Positions 19,001 through 26,688 of a DNA stretch of 64,000 nt are shown piece by piece (the stretch's first letter is position 1; every line of letters starts with the position of its first letter). The DNA lies in IMG/VR virus record IMGVR_UViG_3300032805_000001, positions 32,001 to 96,000 of that record; one strand, 5' to 3'. The notes under the pieces are model-generated. The model searched no databases. It saw only the letters and a list, made by a program, of their open reading frames with translations, and had not been told where the DNA came from. The position numbers and the translations under genes are program-made. The stretch comes from a virus.

Positions 19001-19064
19001 GTCGGCGGTCATGACGGTGGACGGGAGCGAGAACGTGCCGGGAGTTGGGGTGCTTGGCTGGTAG
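13071..19064 (+). CDS. Very large minor tail/baseplate protein with CBM-like, Gly-rich and LamG-like domains
   Basis: 1997 aa; RGRQYEL...LDNHDGAFTPG, WTAPAG..ECWGGGG repeats, LamG-like region, C-terminal LDIGDVVQV. Confidence 0.85.
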   Translation: MLSFSFVPGAAIPGRSRPGTPSPAGTNPLVVQQVTGSVNSGYGAGTSLITTSLGNALVCFAGWDTINTNLSLTEPPSPGPNVPAVNVTDSAGNLWQQLGITVSNGYSARCAIWVAVNAEPVTWVSVCTTGYAASAAWVLAEISSLPQQVGLDFSSNDTTAPLSVDTLSLVGDATGTDVVFSMLAIPTTGTLNPSVTGGPAGFTALDTAATGASQGSGIAIFPYWRAVTPAGGVTAGYTISVPDVMAGIVAGISSSAAPPVQPSQNFPLVITEAAFGAQPGDITKSVDYLADNESIFWTDISARVLGDAGQGRISVSRGRQYELAQEEAGELTAFLDNHDGAFTPGYPGSPFYSNALNGNMSFQLAVPPWTPVGGASLALSAAYAFASAGSATSSLQVTPQGGGTVSPFAFVPSAALPGLMVPGYPGTASSVTNPGAASELVDITTTAGRIASQQASSSVFATSGSWTAPAGITSVQAECWGGGGGGGGSDGTANSAGGGGGGGEYARDTVPVVAGTSYPYTVGAPGSGGGGAGGQQVVQLFTSSGSWTAPAGVTAIKVECWGGGGNGAGVSGTTGGGGGGGGEYAAEAALAVTPGSMYTVTVGGVAAASTFPGNAATVTAHGGKNASGASAGAGGSGSSNSVHHSGGAGGAGDFNVSGTSGSGSYTGSAGSNIDGSDGTQNSANITIPLTANAAGQTITAITIAAGGAGGGGQGGGAFSDGHGGGGGGGGGYASGTCTVTAGNAYTLYYGNGGDPDSNGYGGGAGADSSFSGDSGTVTAGGGKGGGGAGAGGAGGTASGAGGGYAIGGSGAGGGAPAGANYFGGGGGGGGGGRANGAGGNASGRVPGNGGGNGSGGGYGNLNGPGRSFGGQGGNGTPSGGQGGGGGGGGGATGATTGWHGGGGGSGWISYYYSNILDTPVGGGGGGSAAPTGSGNTGGVSTSLSAGGAGGVALANGGGGGNGGVQSTPAQGGSAPGGGGGGGVTSFGAPGANGQVRVTYTTSSSPSAGTAGGDTTFNTSSVVGHGGSGGGVGLLGAKGAGGAGGAGSSATAHFSGGAGAGGVVATGFGGGGGGSGGTGSAGNAASGDQGATGVTGGAPGGNGALVSGTDFPATSPVIAGGAGGGGAENAGFTSGAFGASGQIRLTYTPNGLLSASAWFYSPSGWAPGMQVNIAWYDTAQTLISTTSGPVTGVPASAWTLVENLAVSAPAGAMYAQVIAEANGNPPGPFYIAEAAIVAGPTMVQTGLVRLLTPVRVTAWWNGRRYPVWFGYIERYPQAWPELPQWGFSQITATDAVAVAAVANMRSAVQGDILADQPYAYLPCNEQYTTASQGPTTVYTPIDANGLIAVDYATPNQVPGIYGDGLIAAVNTGLAINLLGDQNTGMGTTGYSQQDSGDRGAGLFYYDANLPTNSTGSGLTAEFWFGYGGTAQTCTLLTMWGAPSSFKAPTGSGNGAVATVYANGASGTITVLGPAGATLNFPFTPNGNTPQHMVLTLSTSNGLSDVYFNGTLQGQVTLGVMSEFAAVALGPSRYTYDCANASNYQSFNYVAAHLAVYSYQLTPERIAAHYTTGALGASGVTAAERFAQILTWGGLGLKRGVYWWQIATGQPEITQIGPAYSLSGSSAADGINAVAQEEGGRSNTQANGSYVYTERWANYNKPIVAAFGDNAIGGPVVLDTSPFPQGSLGAWTASNGTLSLSQAQAYGGAFSGLLVPAGGSGAWVSGDMVTVTAGNGYVAGAWVYSPTGWGTVVIGADWYAPSGYVSTSAATVGIPAGAWVYVTSGVVTAPAGQGITSATLHAGEAGISAPSPANLLYIGLATLLAASPEIPALQDSTFDYDNTYLYNETTVTQQEGPNQLVIADERDTTSAGEYFRRSALTYSSEVVSPYDVTDLASWSLAKFGQPGLHLQQLVVDAHACPQIAFPTVLALDIGDVVQVTRRPIGGAVISETGIIERVQHQIGAGKWTVTYQLSPYTPESAVMTVDGSENVPGVGVLGW

Positions 19065-19068
19065 CCGG

Positions 19069-19452
19069 TCAGCCTTCCCAGCGCCACCCATTATTGTCTT
19101 CGCAGGTGATGGACTTGCCGTCTCCGGCGACACCGGACAGGCCGTGATCTTTCTCCGGGCAGAACTCTCCCGGCTCGTAGCAGTTGCCGCTGCCCGCGGT
19201 GGGATAGCAGCCTGCTTGCGTGGCCGTAGCCGGCGGTGCTGTTTTGCGGGTTTCAGGCGGCGTGGTCTCGCGAGTCTTAGGTGCAGCCGGAGGTGTGGAT
19301 ACCGGTGTGGTGGCCGTCTTCACCGGTGACGCCGACGGCATGGTCGCTGTTGCGCTGGATGAGGTGACCGGGCCCGGAGACGTGCTTCCGCAGCCAGCCA
19401 GGAACAGCGCCAGGAATGCCAGGCCCGCAACGGGCCCGATGGTGGTCTTCAT
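19069..19452 (-). CDS. Antisense moron lipoprotein
   Basis: Lipobox LAGC, Thr/Pro linker, Cys-rich C-terminus (GNCYEPGEFC...GWRW). Confidence 0.75.
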   Translation of the reverse strand: MKTTIGPVAGLAFLALFLAGCGSTSPGPVTSSSATATMPSASPVKTATTPVSTPPAAPKTRETTPPETRKTAPPATATQAGCYPTAGSGNCYEPGEFCPEKDHGLSGVAGDGKSITCEDNNGWRWEG

Positions 19453-19516
19453 CGGGATGTCAGCGTAGCAGGAGCAGGACCGGGAACCTGCCTGACGTTG
19501 ATCACAGGCTGCGGGG

Positions 19517-21346
19517 GTGATCAGAATCCCGACGCAGCCTAGCCCCTGGTATCCGGGCCCGCTCTCACCGCAGCAGCTCAACCTGGCCCTCTATAGCTAC
19601 GACGGCTCGGGTTACGGCGCGAACGGCATCCTGTACCACTCTCACCGGGTCATCCTGTCCGAGTCGATGACTCAATGCCGGGCCCTCAGCGTCTCCAGCA
19701 GCGGCACGTGGAGCGTCTTCTCCGGCACCAACACCGACGCGTTCGGCATCTTCGACAACTCCGCCTTGTTCGGGCTCGGCTGCGACGCCCCCGGCGTTCA
19801 CGCCTACTACCATTTCGCTGCCGCCGCGCTCGGCTCCGCTGGAGTTTCCGGCAGCGCGACCACCTCAACCGGCGGCATCTACCTCGGTGTCCATTTCGCT
19901 ACTGCGACCGCTGCGGGTGCGACTCCCGCTGCGGCCGGCGCGGGCATGTACGTTCAGGCGGGAACCGGGGCGACCGTGTTCCACTCTCAGGGTGTCGTCC
20001 AGGCGCAGGGCACCGGGCATGCGGGGGAGTCGTTTTACATCAACCTGCTGGCTTCCGGGGTGCAGACGAACACGTGGCAGCCGGGCGGGTTCTACGCTGA
20101 CGCTTCGCTGTCCACGGAAACCCCGCCGGCGTCGTCGACGGACACGGCCGGGTTCACGCCCCGCCAGTTGTGGGCGTGGTTCGGGGTTGCCGTGTCCGGC
20201 ACCACCGTCACCCAGGTTCCCACTCCGCAAGTGTCGTGGACGGGACCGGTCACGTCCGCTTTGATGAACGGCCCGTCCGGGCCTTACCAGGCGCTCACGT
20301 TGCTGAACAACCCGCCGTCGATGCAGGTGAACCAGGCTCTCACCACGTCGATCAGCAACAACAGTCCGGCAACGGTGCCGTTCACTGCCGCGCCGTCGAT
20401 CGACACGTACTCAAGGTTCGGGACCGCCACCTCCACCTACACGGCCCCGCTGAACGGCCTGTACCTGACGTTCCCCACGATCACGTTCGCTTCTAACGCC
20501 ACCGGCGCGAGGTATGCGGGACTGTCGGTCACCTCAGGTACGGTGACCACCGCGATCCAGGGGCCCGCTTACGCCGCGACCGGGGCGAGCGCGATGTCCG
20601 TCACCGGGCTCCGCGTCCTCGACCTGAACGCCGGTGACACGGTGAAAGCGACCGCGTTCCAGAACTCCGGCGGTAACCTCGCGCTCGGCGGGGCAACGTG
20701 GAACTCCCGGCTCGGCATCCTCTACCTGTGCCCGTATTCCAGCGGCGGCGTGAACTCTTTCACCCCGCCGGTGACCGCGTTCCACTGGACCGCCGGGCTG
20801 CCCGCCGCGTCGATTCCCGCGCTGCTCACCGAACATCTCGGCAACGACCTGAATTTCCTGGTCAACAGGCCGTACTTCACCGGGTATCAGGCCACCGCGC
20901 AGACCGGGCTGACGGTCGGCTCGTGGACTACGGTCACTATCGACACGGTGGCCGGGCTGCTGCACGGCTCACCCGGTGACAGTTACGCCGGCTGGTCGTC
21001 TTACAGCAACAGTTACGCCGCGCCGGCCGCCGGCTGGTATCTGGTCATCTTCGAGGTTTACGCCGCCCTCCCCACCCTCACCACCGGGTACCTGTCGGCG
21101 GGCATCAAAGTCCCCACTTCCGGGGGGATCGCGCCGTCCACGTCCCCGGACTGGTATCAGACCGTGTTCTTCCCGCTCACCTCCCTGCCCGTTCCCGGTG
21201 CCGCCGCGGTCGGCTGCTACTACCTGAATGCGGGGGAGACGGTTCAGCCGGTCGCGCTCACACAGAACTGGTCGAACACCACGTGGAGCACGTCTACGAG
21301 CGCGAGCGCGCGAAGCCAGTTCAGCGTGTTCTGGCTGTGCGAATGA
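19517..21346 (+). CDS. Tail fibre/minor tail protein with two C1q/TNF-like domains
   Basis: YTAPLNGLY and YAAPAAGWY, LNAGDTV and LNAGETV repeated; position. Confidence 0.75.
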   Translation: MIRIPTQPSPWYPGPLSPQQLNLALYSYDGSGYGANGILYHSHRVILSESMTQCRALSVSSSGTWSVFSGTNTDAFGIFDNSALFGLGCDAPGVHAYYHFAAAALGSAGVSGSATTSTGGIYLGVHFATATAAGATPAAAGAGMYVQAGTGATVFHSQGVVQAQGTGHAGESFYINLLASGVQTNTWQPGGFYADASLSTETPPASSTDTAGFTPRQLWAWFGVAVSGTTVTQVPTPQVSWTGPVTSALMNGPSGPYQALTLLNNPPSMQVNQALTTSISNNSPATVPFTAAPSIDTYSRFGTATSTYTAPLNGLYLTFPTITFASNATGARYAGLSVTSGTVTTAIQGPAYAATGASAMSVTGLRVLDLNAGDTVKATAFQNSGGNLALGGATWNSRLGILYLCPYSSGGVNSFTPPVTAFHWTAGLPAASIPALLTEHLGNDLNFLVNRPYFTGYQATAQTGLTVGSWTTVTIDTVAGLLHGSPGDSYAGWSSYSNSYAAPAAGWYLVIFEVYAALPTLTTGYLSAGIKVPTSGGIAPSTSPDWYQTVFFPLTSLPVPGAAAVGCYYLNAGETVQPVALTQNWSNTTWSTSTSASARSQFSVFWLCE

Positions 21347-21753
21347 ACTTCCCCTTCCCGGCGCTGCGCCGGCTGATATCCCGGGTACACCGCAAAATCG
21401 GCTACCGTGGAATGTTCCTGGCCCTGCTCGGCGCCATCGACATCCTGCTCGGCGCCTACCTGCTAGTTAGCAGGCTGCCCCCCGCCCCGGGTGTCGTTGT
21501 TCTCGGCGAGTCCGCATGGGGCGGTGTCTGGATCGGCGCCGGCCTGTTCCTGTTCACCGGCGCGCCGGCAACCCGGGATCAGTGGCATTTCGCTGCCGCC
21601 GCCCTCCTGAAAACAGCATGGGCAGGCGAATTTGCCCGCCTCGCCATCATCCGCCACGCCGCGAACCACTGGCTGTGGCTCCTGGCAGCCGCCTGGATAC
21701 TGGTCGCCGCGACAGTCCTGCTCATCTCCACCTGGCCTGAGACGCGGAAGTGA
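21343..21753 (+). CDS. Multi-pass membrane protein (holin candidate)
   Basis: About four hydrophobic segments; ATGA coupling; upstream of endolysin. Confidence 0.6.
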   Translation: MNFPFPALRRLISRVHRKIGYRGMFLALLGAIDILLGAYLLVSRLPPAPGVVVLGESAWGGVWIGAGLFLFTGAPATRDQWHFAAAALLKTAWAGEFARLAIIRHAANHWLWLLAAAWILVAATVLLISTWPETRK

Positions 21754-22097
21754 GCATCACCGGGCCCGTTGTTACCACTCTCGTTGTCGGCGTCCCGTCC
21801 GCCGCCGCCGCGGTCGCGTCGTACATCTTCTCGATCCACGCGCACAGGGAAGCCGCCGCCACCAGCAAAAACAAGGTCGACGCGGACGCCTATCTGCGTG
21901 CCAAGGAACTGTATGAGTCGGCGATCAGTGAACTCCGGCTGGAAATCGAACGGCTGAAAACCGAACTGCATGACATGCGGGAACAGATCACCACCCTGGA
22001 AGTCGCCAACGAGGAACTGCAGAAACGTCTCCGCAGGGACGGCGGCTACACGGGCAGCCCCGCGCCCGGCACAGGAAAGGATCCGGGTGAGACGTGA
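21750..22097 (+). CDS. N-terminal TM plus coiled-coil lysis-associated protein
   Basis: Single TM then heptad-rich helix. Confidence 0.7.
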   Translation: MSITGPVVTTLVVGVPSAAAAVASYIFSIHAHREAAATSKNKVDADAYLRAKELYESAISELRLEIERLKTELHDMREQITTLEVANEELQKRLRRDGGYTGSPAPGTGKDPGET

Positions 22098-22530
22098 TCT
22101 GGCCCGCCCGGCGATCCTGGGCGGTTTCGACGGGGCCGCGAGCCTGCTCGGCGTCATCATCTACCTGCTCGCCACCCACCCGCACCTGATCTTCCCCGCC
22201 GCCTTGTCCGGGGCGATCTCCTCGGCGCTGTCCATGGCCGCCGGCCAGTGGCTTAGCGACGACAATGACTCCGGGTTCGCGGGCGCCTCGATGATGGGCG
22301 CGGCGACGTTCACCGGGGCGCTCGCGCCAGCCCTGCCGTTCGCGTTCCTGTCCGGGCCCGCAGCCGTCGCACTGGCCGTGATCATCGCGGTCGCTATCGG
22401 GGTCGCGGTCGCGGCGCTGCGGCCGAACCGGGGCTTCGGCCGGGCGCTCGCCGAAGTGTTCGGGTTGCTGATCGTCATCGTCGGTGTCTGCTCGCTGCTC
22501 AGCCCGACCTTGCCGGGAGGTGCCGGTTGA
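22087..22530 (+). CDS. Minimal VIT1/CCC1-family membrane protein
   Basis: ILGGFDG, SMAAGQWLS and GALAPALPF motifs. Confidence 0.75.
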   Translation: MRRDLARPAILGGFDGAASLLGVIIYLLATHPHLIFPAALSGAISSALSMAAGQWLSDDNDSGFAGASMMGAATFTGALAPALPFAFLSGPAAVALAVIIAVAIGVAVAALRPNRGFGRALAEVFGLLIVIVGVCSLLSPTLPGGAG

Positions 22531-23021
22531 GCCTGTACAAGCACACCCCGCATCCGCATCTGGGTCACCGTAAAGCTCACGGCCCGGTCAAGGTCGCCGA
22601 CGTGCGTCCCGGCGGGAACCGTGTCACCCGGTTCAACACCCGCGCTGCTGTCATCATCACGCGGGCCGTGGGTTCCATGTGGGCCGCTTACGCCTTCTGC
22701 GTGCTGGCGTTCTACGGGCTGCCCGCCGGCTTGCACGGCGGGGCGGCCGGGTTCGTGCAGTGGGCCAGTTCGCAGTTCATTCAGCTTGTCCTGCTGCCGA
22801 TCATCCTCGTCGGGTCCGCTGTGCTCGCCGAAGTGTCCGACCGGATGGCCAAACGGCAGTTCGATGACGTTGAGGCGCTGCTGCACGGGCAGGGTGAGCA
22901 GGCCAGCCACCTCGCCGCCCAGGACGAGAAGATCCTCGTGATCCTGGAACGGCTCGAGGCGAACACGGCGCTCACCGAGGAAGTCAGGGCGACTCTAATG
23001 CAACCCCCGAACGTTCGATAG
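22527..23021 (+). CDS. DUF1003-like membrane protein
   Basis: RAVGSMW...WASSQFIQLVLLPIILVG. Confidence 0.65.
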   Translation: MSLYKHTPHPHLGHRKAHGPVKVADVRPGGNRVTRFNTRAAVIITRAVGSMWAAYAFCVLAFYGLPAGLHGGAAGFVQWASSQFIQLVLLPIILVGSAVLAEVSDRMAKRQFDDVEALLHGQGEQASHLAAQDEKILVILERLEANTALTEEVRATLMQPPNVR

Positions 23022-23095
23022 ACTGTACGAAAGCGCCCCAGCAGGTGGTGGAACACCTACCGGGGCTACGCCGAACCTGATTAGGCAGGTCCGAC
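23019..23095 (+). promoter_or_regulatory. Promoter and two-hairpin leader of the HNH gene
   Basis: TAGACT at 23019; GCCCC..AGGTG/CACCT..GGGGC hairpin; ACCTG/CAGGT hairpin covering the RBS. Confidence 0.5.
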
Positions 23096-23737
23096 ATGCT
23101 CAATGTTACTGAGCGCTGGCTACCCGTCATCGGATACGAGGGGCTTTACGAGGTCTCCGACCTCGGGCGCGTGCGCAGCATAACCCACACAGATCGCCTG
23201 AACAGGCTGCATCCCGGGAAGGTGCTAAGCCAGTTCAAGATGACTGACGGGTATCTAGCCGTGGGATTCACGAACCGGCCCGGCAATCGCGTTCACCACC
23301 TCGTCCTGGAAGCCTTCCACGACCTGCGTCCCGATGGCACGGAAGCTAGGCACCTCAATGGCAACCACCTCGACAATCGGGCAGCAAACCTGAAGTGGGG
23401 CACCAAGAGCGAGAACAACCGCGACCAGGTGCATCACGGCACTCACCCCAAAGCATCCAGGACGCATTGCCCGCAGGGTCACCCGTACGACGAGGCGAAC
23501 ACCTACATCACCGTCGCAGGCGGTCGACAGTGCCGCGCCTGCGAGCGGGCGCGCGCGGAACGGCGGCGGCATCCGGCGCCACCCAGAACCCACTGCAAGC
23601 GTGGTCACGAGTTCACGCCCGAGAATACCTATGAGCAGGCCGGTGGCTACCGGGGCTGCCTTGAGTGCAAACGGCAGCGTGATCGGGAAGGCGCCCGCCG
23701 CGCACGGCTCCGCAAGGAGCCGGCCACGCGCGGCTAA
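23096..23737 (+). CDS. NUMOD4-HNH homing endonuclease
   Basis: WLPVIGYEGLYEVSDLGRVRS; VHHLV...HLNGNHLDNRAANLKW; two THCxxGH repeats. Confidence 0.92.
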   Translation: MLNVTERWLPVIGYEGLYEVSDLGRVRSITHTDRLNRLHPGKVLSQFKMTDGYLAVGFTNRPGNRVHHLVLEAFHDLRPDGTEARHLNGNHLDNRAANLKWGTKSENNRDQVHHGTHPKASRTHCPQGHPYDEANTYITVAGGRQCRACERARAERRRHPAPPRTHCKRGHEFTPENTYEQAGGYRGCLECKRQRDREGARRARLRKEPATRG

Positions 23738-23752
23738 CGGAGGTGCGTTGCA

Positions 23753-24568
23753 ATGAACGAAATCCCCGATCGTCCGGCTACGTTCCGCGCTGGCACCCGG
23801 CCCGGTTCCAGCGCGGCGATTCCGGCGACTACCCCCGAAGCCTCCGGGCCGCGAACATACCTCGCGGACATTTCGGAATTTCAGCCCGATATTGCCGACG
23901 CCGCATACCTCGCATGGAGTAAGGCCATCGTTTTTCGCGCGATGTACGGCAGCGCCCACGACGACGCCGCCTGGTATGGGGGTTCCCGCCGTGCCGCCCT
24001 GCACGCCGGGGGAGCGCGGTTCATCGGCATCTACATGTACCTGGCCGCCGGGCAGGACGGCGCCGCGCAAGCCCGCGCGTTCCACCAGCTTGTCGGCGCG
24101 ATCCAGCCCGGCGAGGTGTTCATCGCCGACTTCGAGGAGGGCAGTCATGGTCTCCTGACCGCCTGGTACAACGAGATGATCGCCTTGTATGGGCAGCAGA
24201 TCGCCCCCCATCTGTGGACCTACACGGGGCTGAACTTCGGGGCGGCGCAGGGTGTGCTGCCGGTTCAGTGGCTCGCCGACTACACCAGCGCCGAGCCGGC
24301 GTCGCCGCACAAACTGTGGCAGTTCACTTCGGCGTACCCGGTGCCCGGGGTCGGGTCCTGTGACTGCTCGGTGTTCCACGGCACTATCGACGAGCTCGCG
24401 GGGCTGGCCTGCCAGCCGGCCGCGGCGTCTTTCCATGTTTCGGTTGCGCCGCCCGGCTGGTGGAGGCCGGGAGGCCCGCTCACCCTGACCGGCCCGGCAC
24501 CGGACGGCAGCATGTGGGAGACGAGCACCGGCGATGGGAAGACGTGGACTGAGCCGGCCAGGCAGTGA
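23753..24568 (+). CDS. GH25-family endolysin (muramidase)
   Basis: DISEFQ, IADFEE, WLADY, LWQFTS, CDCSVFHG. Confidence 0.88.
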   Translation: MNEIPDRPATFRAGTRPGSSAAIPATTPEASGPRTYLADISEFQPDIADAAYLAWSKAIVFRAMYGSAHDDAAWYGGSRRAALHAGGARFIGIYMYLAAGQDGAAQARAFHQLVGAIQPGEVFIADFEEGSHGLLTAWYNEMIALYGQQIAPHLWTYTGLNFGAAQGVLPVQWLADYTSAEPASPHKLWQFTSAYPVPGVGSCDCSVFHGTIDELAGLACQPAAASFHVSVAPPGWWRPGGPLTLTGPAPDGSMWETSTGDGKTWTEPARQ

Positions 24569-24638
24569 GGCCTGTGTGGCTGTAGGCTTCCCGATGGCTC
24601 CCTGACACCTCACCAGGCACTCCCAACCCCCGAAGGCG

Positions 24639-25433
24639 ATGATGAAAACTTGGGACACGTTCATGCTCGGCGGTTCCGAGTCCGAGATGGACGTCCTTGA
24701 GTGCAGGCTCCGGGAACTGGAGGGGGTTCCGGATCTGCATCACATCATCACCGAAGCTGAGATCACCCACCGCGGTGATCCGAAGCCGCTGTGGTTCAGG
24801 GAGTTCCGGGAACGGTTCGCCTCGTGGGGGGAGCGGATCACCTACGTGCACGTCCCGGCGACCGCTCTCCCGTCACGGAGAGACAACCCGGACCCGTGGT
24901 CGCGGGAGTACGCGCAGCGGGAGTTCTGCCACGCCGGCCTCGACCAGGCCGACCCCCGCGACATTGTGCTGCACGGCGACCTCGACGAGATCCCCCGGCC
25001 CGGGGCGCTCGCCGCGGTCAGCGCGAAAGAGCTGCCGTTCCCGGCCGTGTTCCAGATGCGGCTGTGCATGTACGCCGTGGACTGGCTGCATCCGCTGCCG
25101 TGGCATGGGACGATCCGCACCCGGGTACGGTCGGCGGGGTCGTTCGCCAGTTTGCGGGGGATGCGGAACGACCTGCCGATGATCATGGAAGGCGGGTCGC
25201 ATCTGTCGTGGATGGGCGGCACCCCCGCGCACGTCGACAAACTGGACACGCACTGTCACCTGGAGATGACCCCCGAGACGGAGACGGCGCTCCGGTCGGG
25301 GGAGTGGCTGCGGGAAGGCCGGCACAGCGACGGGCACACACTCGAGCCTGTTGACGTGGACGACACGTGGCCCCGGTGGGTGTTCGAGCGGAACTGCCCT
25401 AGCACATGGTTCCGGCCGAGAAAGGAAACCTGA
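24639..25433 (+). CDS. Glycosyltransferase family 17-like (MGAT3-like)
   Basis: DTFM..E.DVLECRLREL, THRGDPKPL, REYAQR, GDLDEIP, GSHLSWMGG. Confidence 0.85.
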   Translation: MMKTWDTFMLGGSESEMDVLECRLRELEGVPDLHHIITEAEITHRGDPKPLWFREFRERFASWGERITYVHVPATALPSRRDNPDPWSREYAQREFCHAGLDQADPRDIVLHGDLDEIPRPGALAAVSAKELPFPAVFQMRLCMYAVDWLHPLPWHGTIRTRVRSAGSFASLRGMRNDLPMIMEGGSHLSWMGGTPAHVDKLDTHCHLEMTPETETALRSGEWLREGRHSDGHTLEPVDVDDTWPRWVFERNCPSTWFRPRKET

Positions 25434-25435
25434 CG

Positions 25436-26083
25436 TTGCTCGTGTCCGTCCTGCTGCCCTCCCGGGGGCGGCCCGGCTCTCTCCACGGAACCATCACCGG
25501 CCTGTTCGAGCTCGCCACCGACCCCGGGCAAGTTGAGATCCTCATCGCCGCCGACCCCGACGACGACGCCACCATCCACGCCCCGCTCCCCGAAGGCAAC
25601 ATCCGCATGTGGGTCGCCCCGGAACGGTACGGCTACCACGGCCTGCACCACTACGTGAACCACCTCGCCACCATGTCCGGCGCGACGTGGCTGATGCTGT
25701 GGAACGACGACGCGAAAATGCTCAGCCGGGGATGGGACGCTATCATCGGCGGCTACGACCCGTCCACCGTCATCTGGCCCACCCACAACGACGCCGCCGC
25801 CTACGGGTGCAACATCTTCCCGATCTGGCCCCGCATCTGGACCGACTGCATGGGCCACGTCGCGCTCAACGCCCACTGCGACTCGTGGATCCAGGACGTC
25901 GGCAACGACCTCGGCCGGACCGGGGAACGGAACACGATCGCGATCATGCACGACCGGTTCGACCTGACCGGCGGTCACAACGACGGAACCTACCGCGACC
26001 GGATCTACACCAAAGACGAATACTTCCAGATGGAAGAAGCCCGCCACGCCGACGCGGACAAGATCCGGGAAAAGCTCCATTAA
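25436..26083 (+). CDS. GT-A fold (GT2-like) glycosyltransferase
   Basis: VSVLLPSRGR, ADPDD, WNDD, HCDSW. Confidence 0.8.
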   Translation: MLVSVLLPSRGRPGSLHGTITGLFELATDPGQVEILIAADPDDDATIHAPLPEGNIRMWVAPERYGYHGLHHYVNHLATMSGATWLMLWNDDAKMLSRGWDAIIGGYDPSTVIWPTHNDAAAYGCNIFPIWPRIWTDCMGHVALNAHCDSWIQDVGNDLGRTGERNTIAIMHDRFDLTGGHNDGTYRDRIYTKDEYFQMEEARHADADKIREKLH

Positions 26084-26688
26084 TGGGCGGTTCCGCTTAC
26101 ACGTACGCCGCCAGTCTCAGCTACACGCCGGAAGAATGCATCGTCGAGGTTGGCTCGGAACGCGGCGAAGGATCCACCGCATACCTTGCGTTTCTCGCCA
26201 GTGAATGCGGCGTCCCGTTCTTCTCGATCGACGTTGACCCGGACGCTGCGGAACGCGCCCGGAGCATCGGGGGCGTGCAGGTTCTTCTTGGTTACGCCGA
26301 GGATCACCTCGCGAACTGGGATGGGCCGCCGGTCAGGTTCGCCTGGATCGACGGGCACGACTGGCCCTACTCCTGGTGTGCCCGGGAAACCTGGTTCAAA
26401 GATCAGCAAGCACGGTACGCGGCCCGCGGTGACACCGTGACCGAGGAAGCGAGCATGGCGTCCCATCTGGTGATCGCCAGGCTTATTGATCCGCTGACCC
26501 GTTCAGGAACGGTAGTGATGTTCGACGACACCTGGCGTGACAGGAACCGGCGGCGCGGTGAGGGCCGCTGGCGCGGCAAAGGCGGCACGGCGGTCCCGTA
26601 CCTGATCAAGACGGGGGCGTGGCGGCTGACCGGCTGCGTCAACGGCACCGAACCCGATGACGGCTTCGCCCGGCTGGAGAAAATGTGA
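26083..26688 (+). CDS. Class I SAM-dependent methyltransferase
   Basis: IVEVGSERGEGST, SIDVD, WIDGHD, MFDDT, GKG. Confidence 0.75.
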   Translation: MGGSAYTYAASLSYTPEECIVEVGSERGEGSTAYLAFLASECGVPFFSIDVDPDAAERARSIGGVQVLLGYAEDHLANWDGPPVRFAWIDGHDWPYSWCARETWFKDQQARYAARGDTVTEEASMASHLVIARLIDPLTRSGTVVMFDDTWRDRNRRRGEGRWRGKGGTAVPYLIKTGAWRLTGCVNGTEPDDGFARLEKM

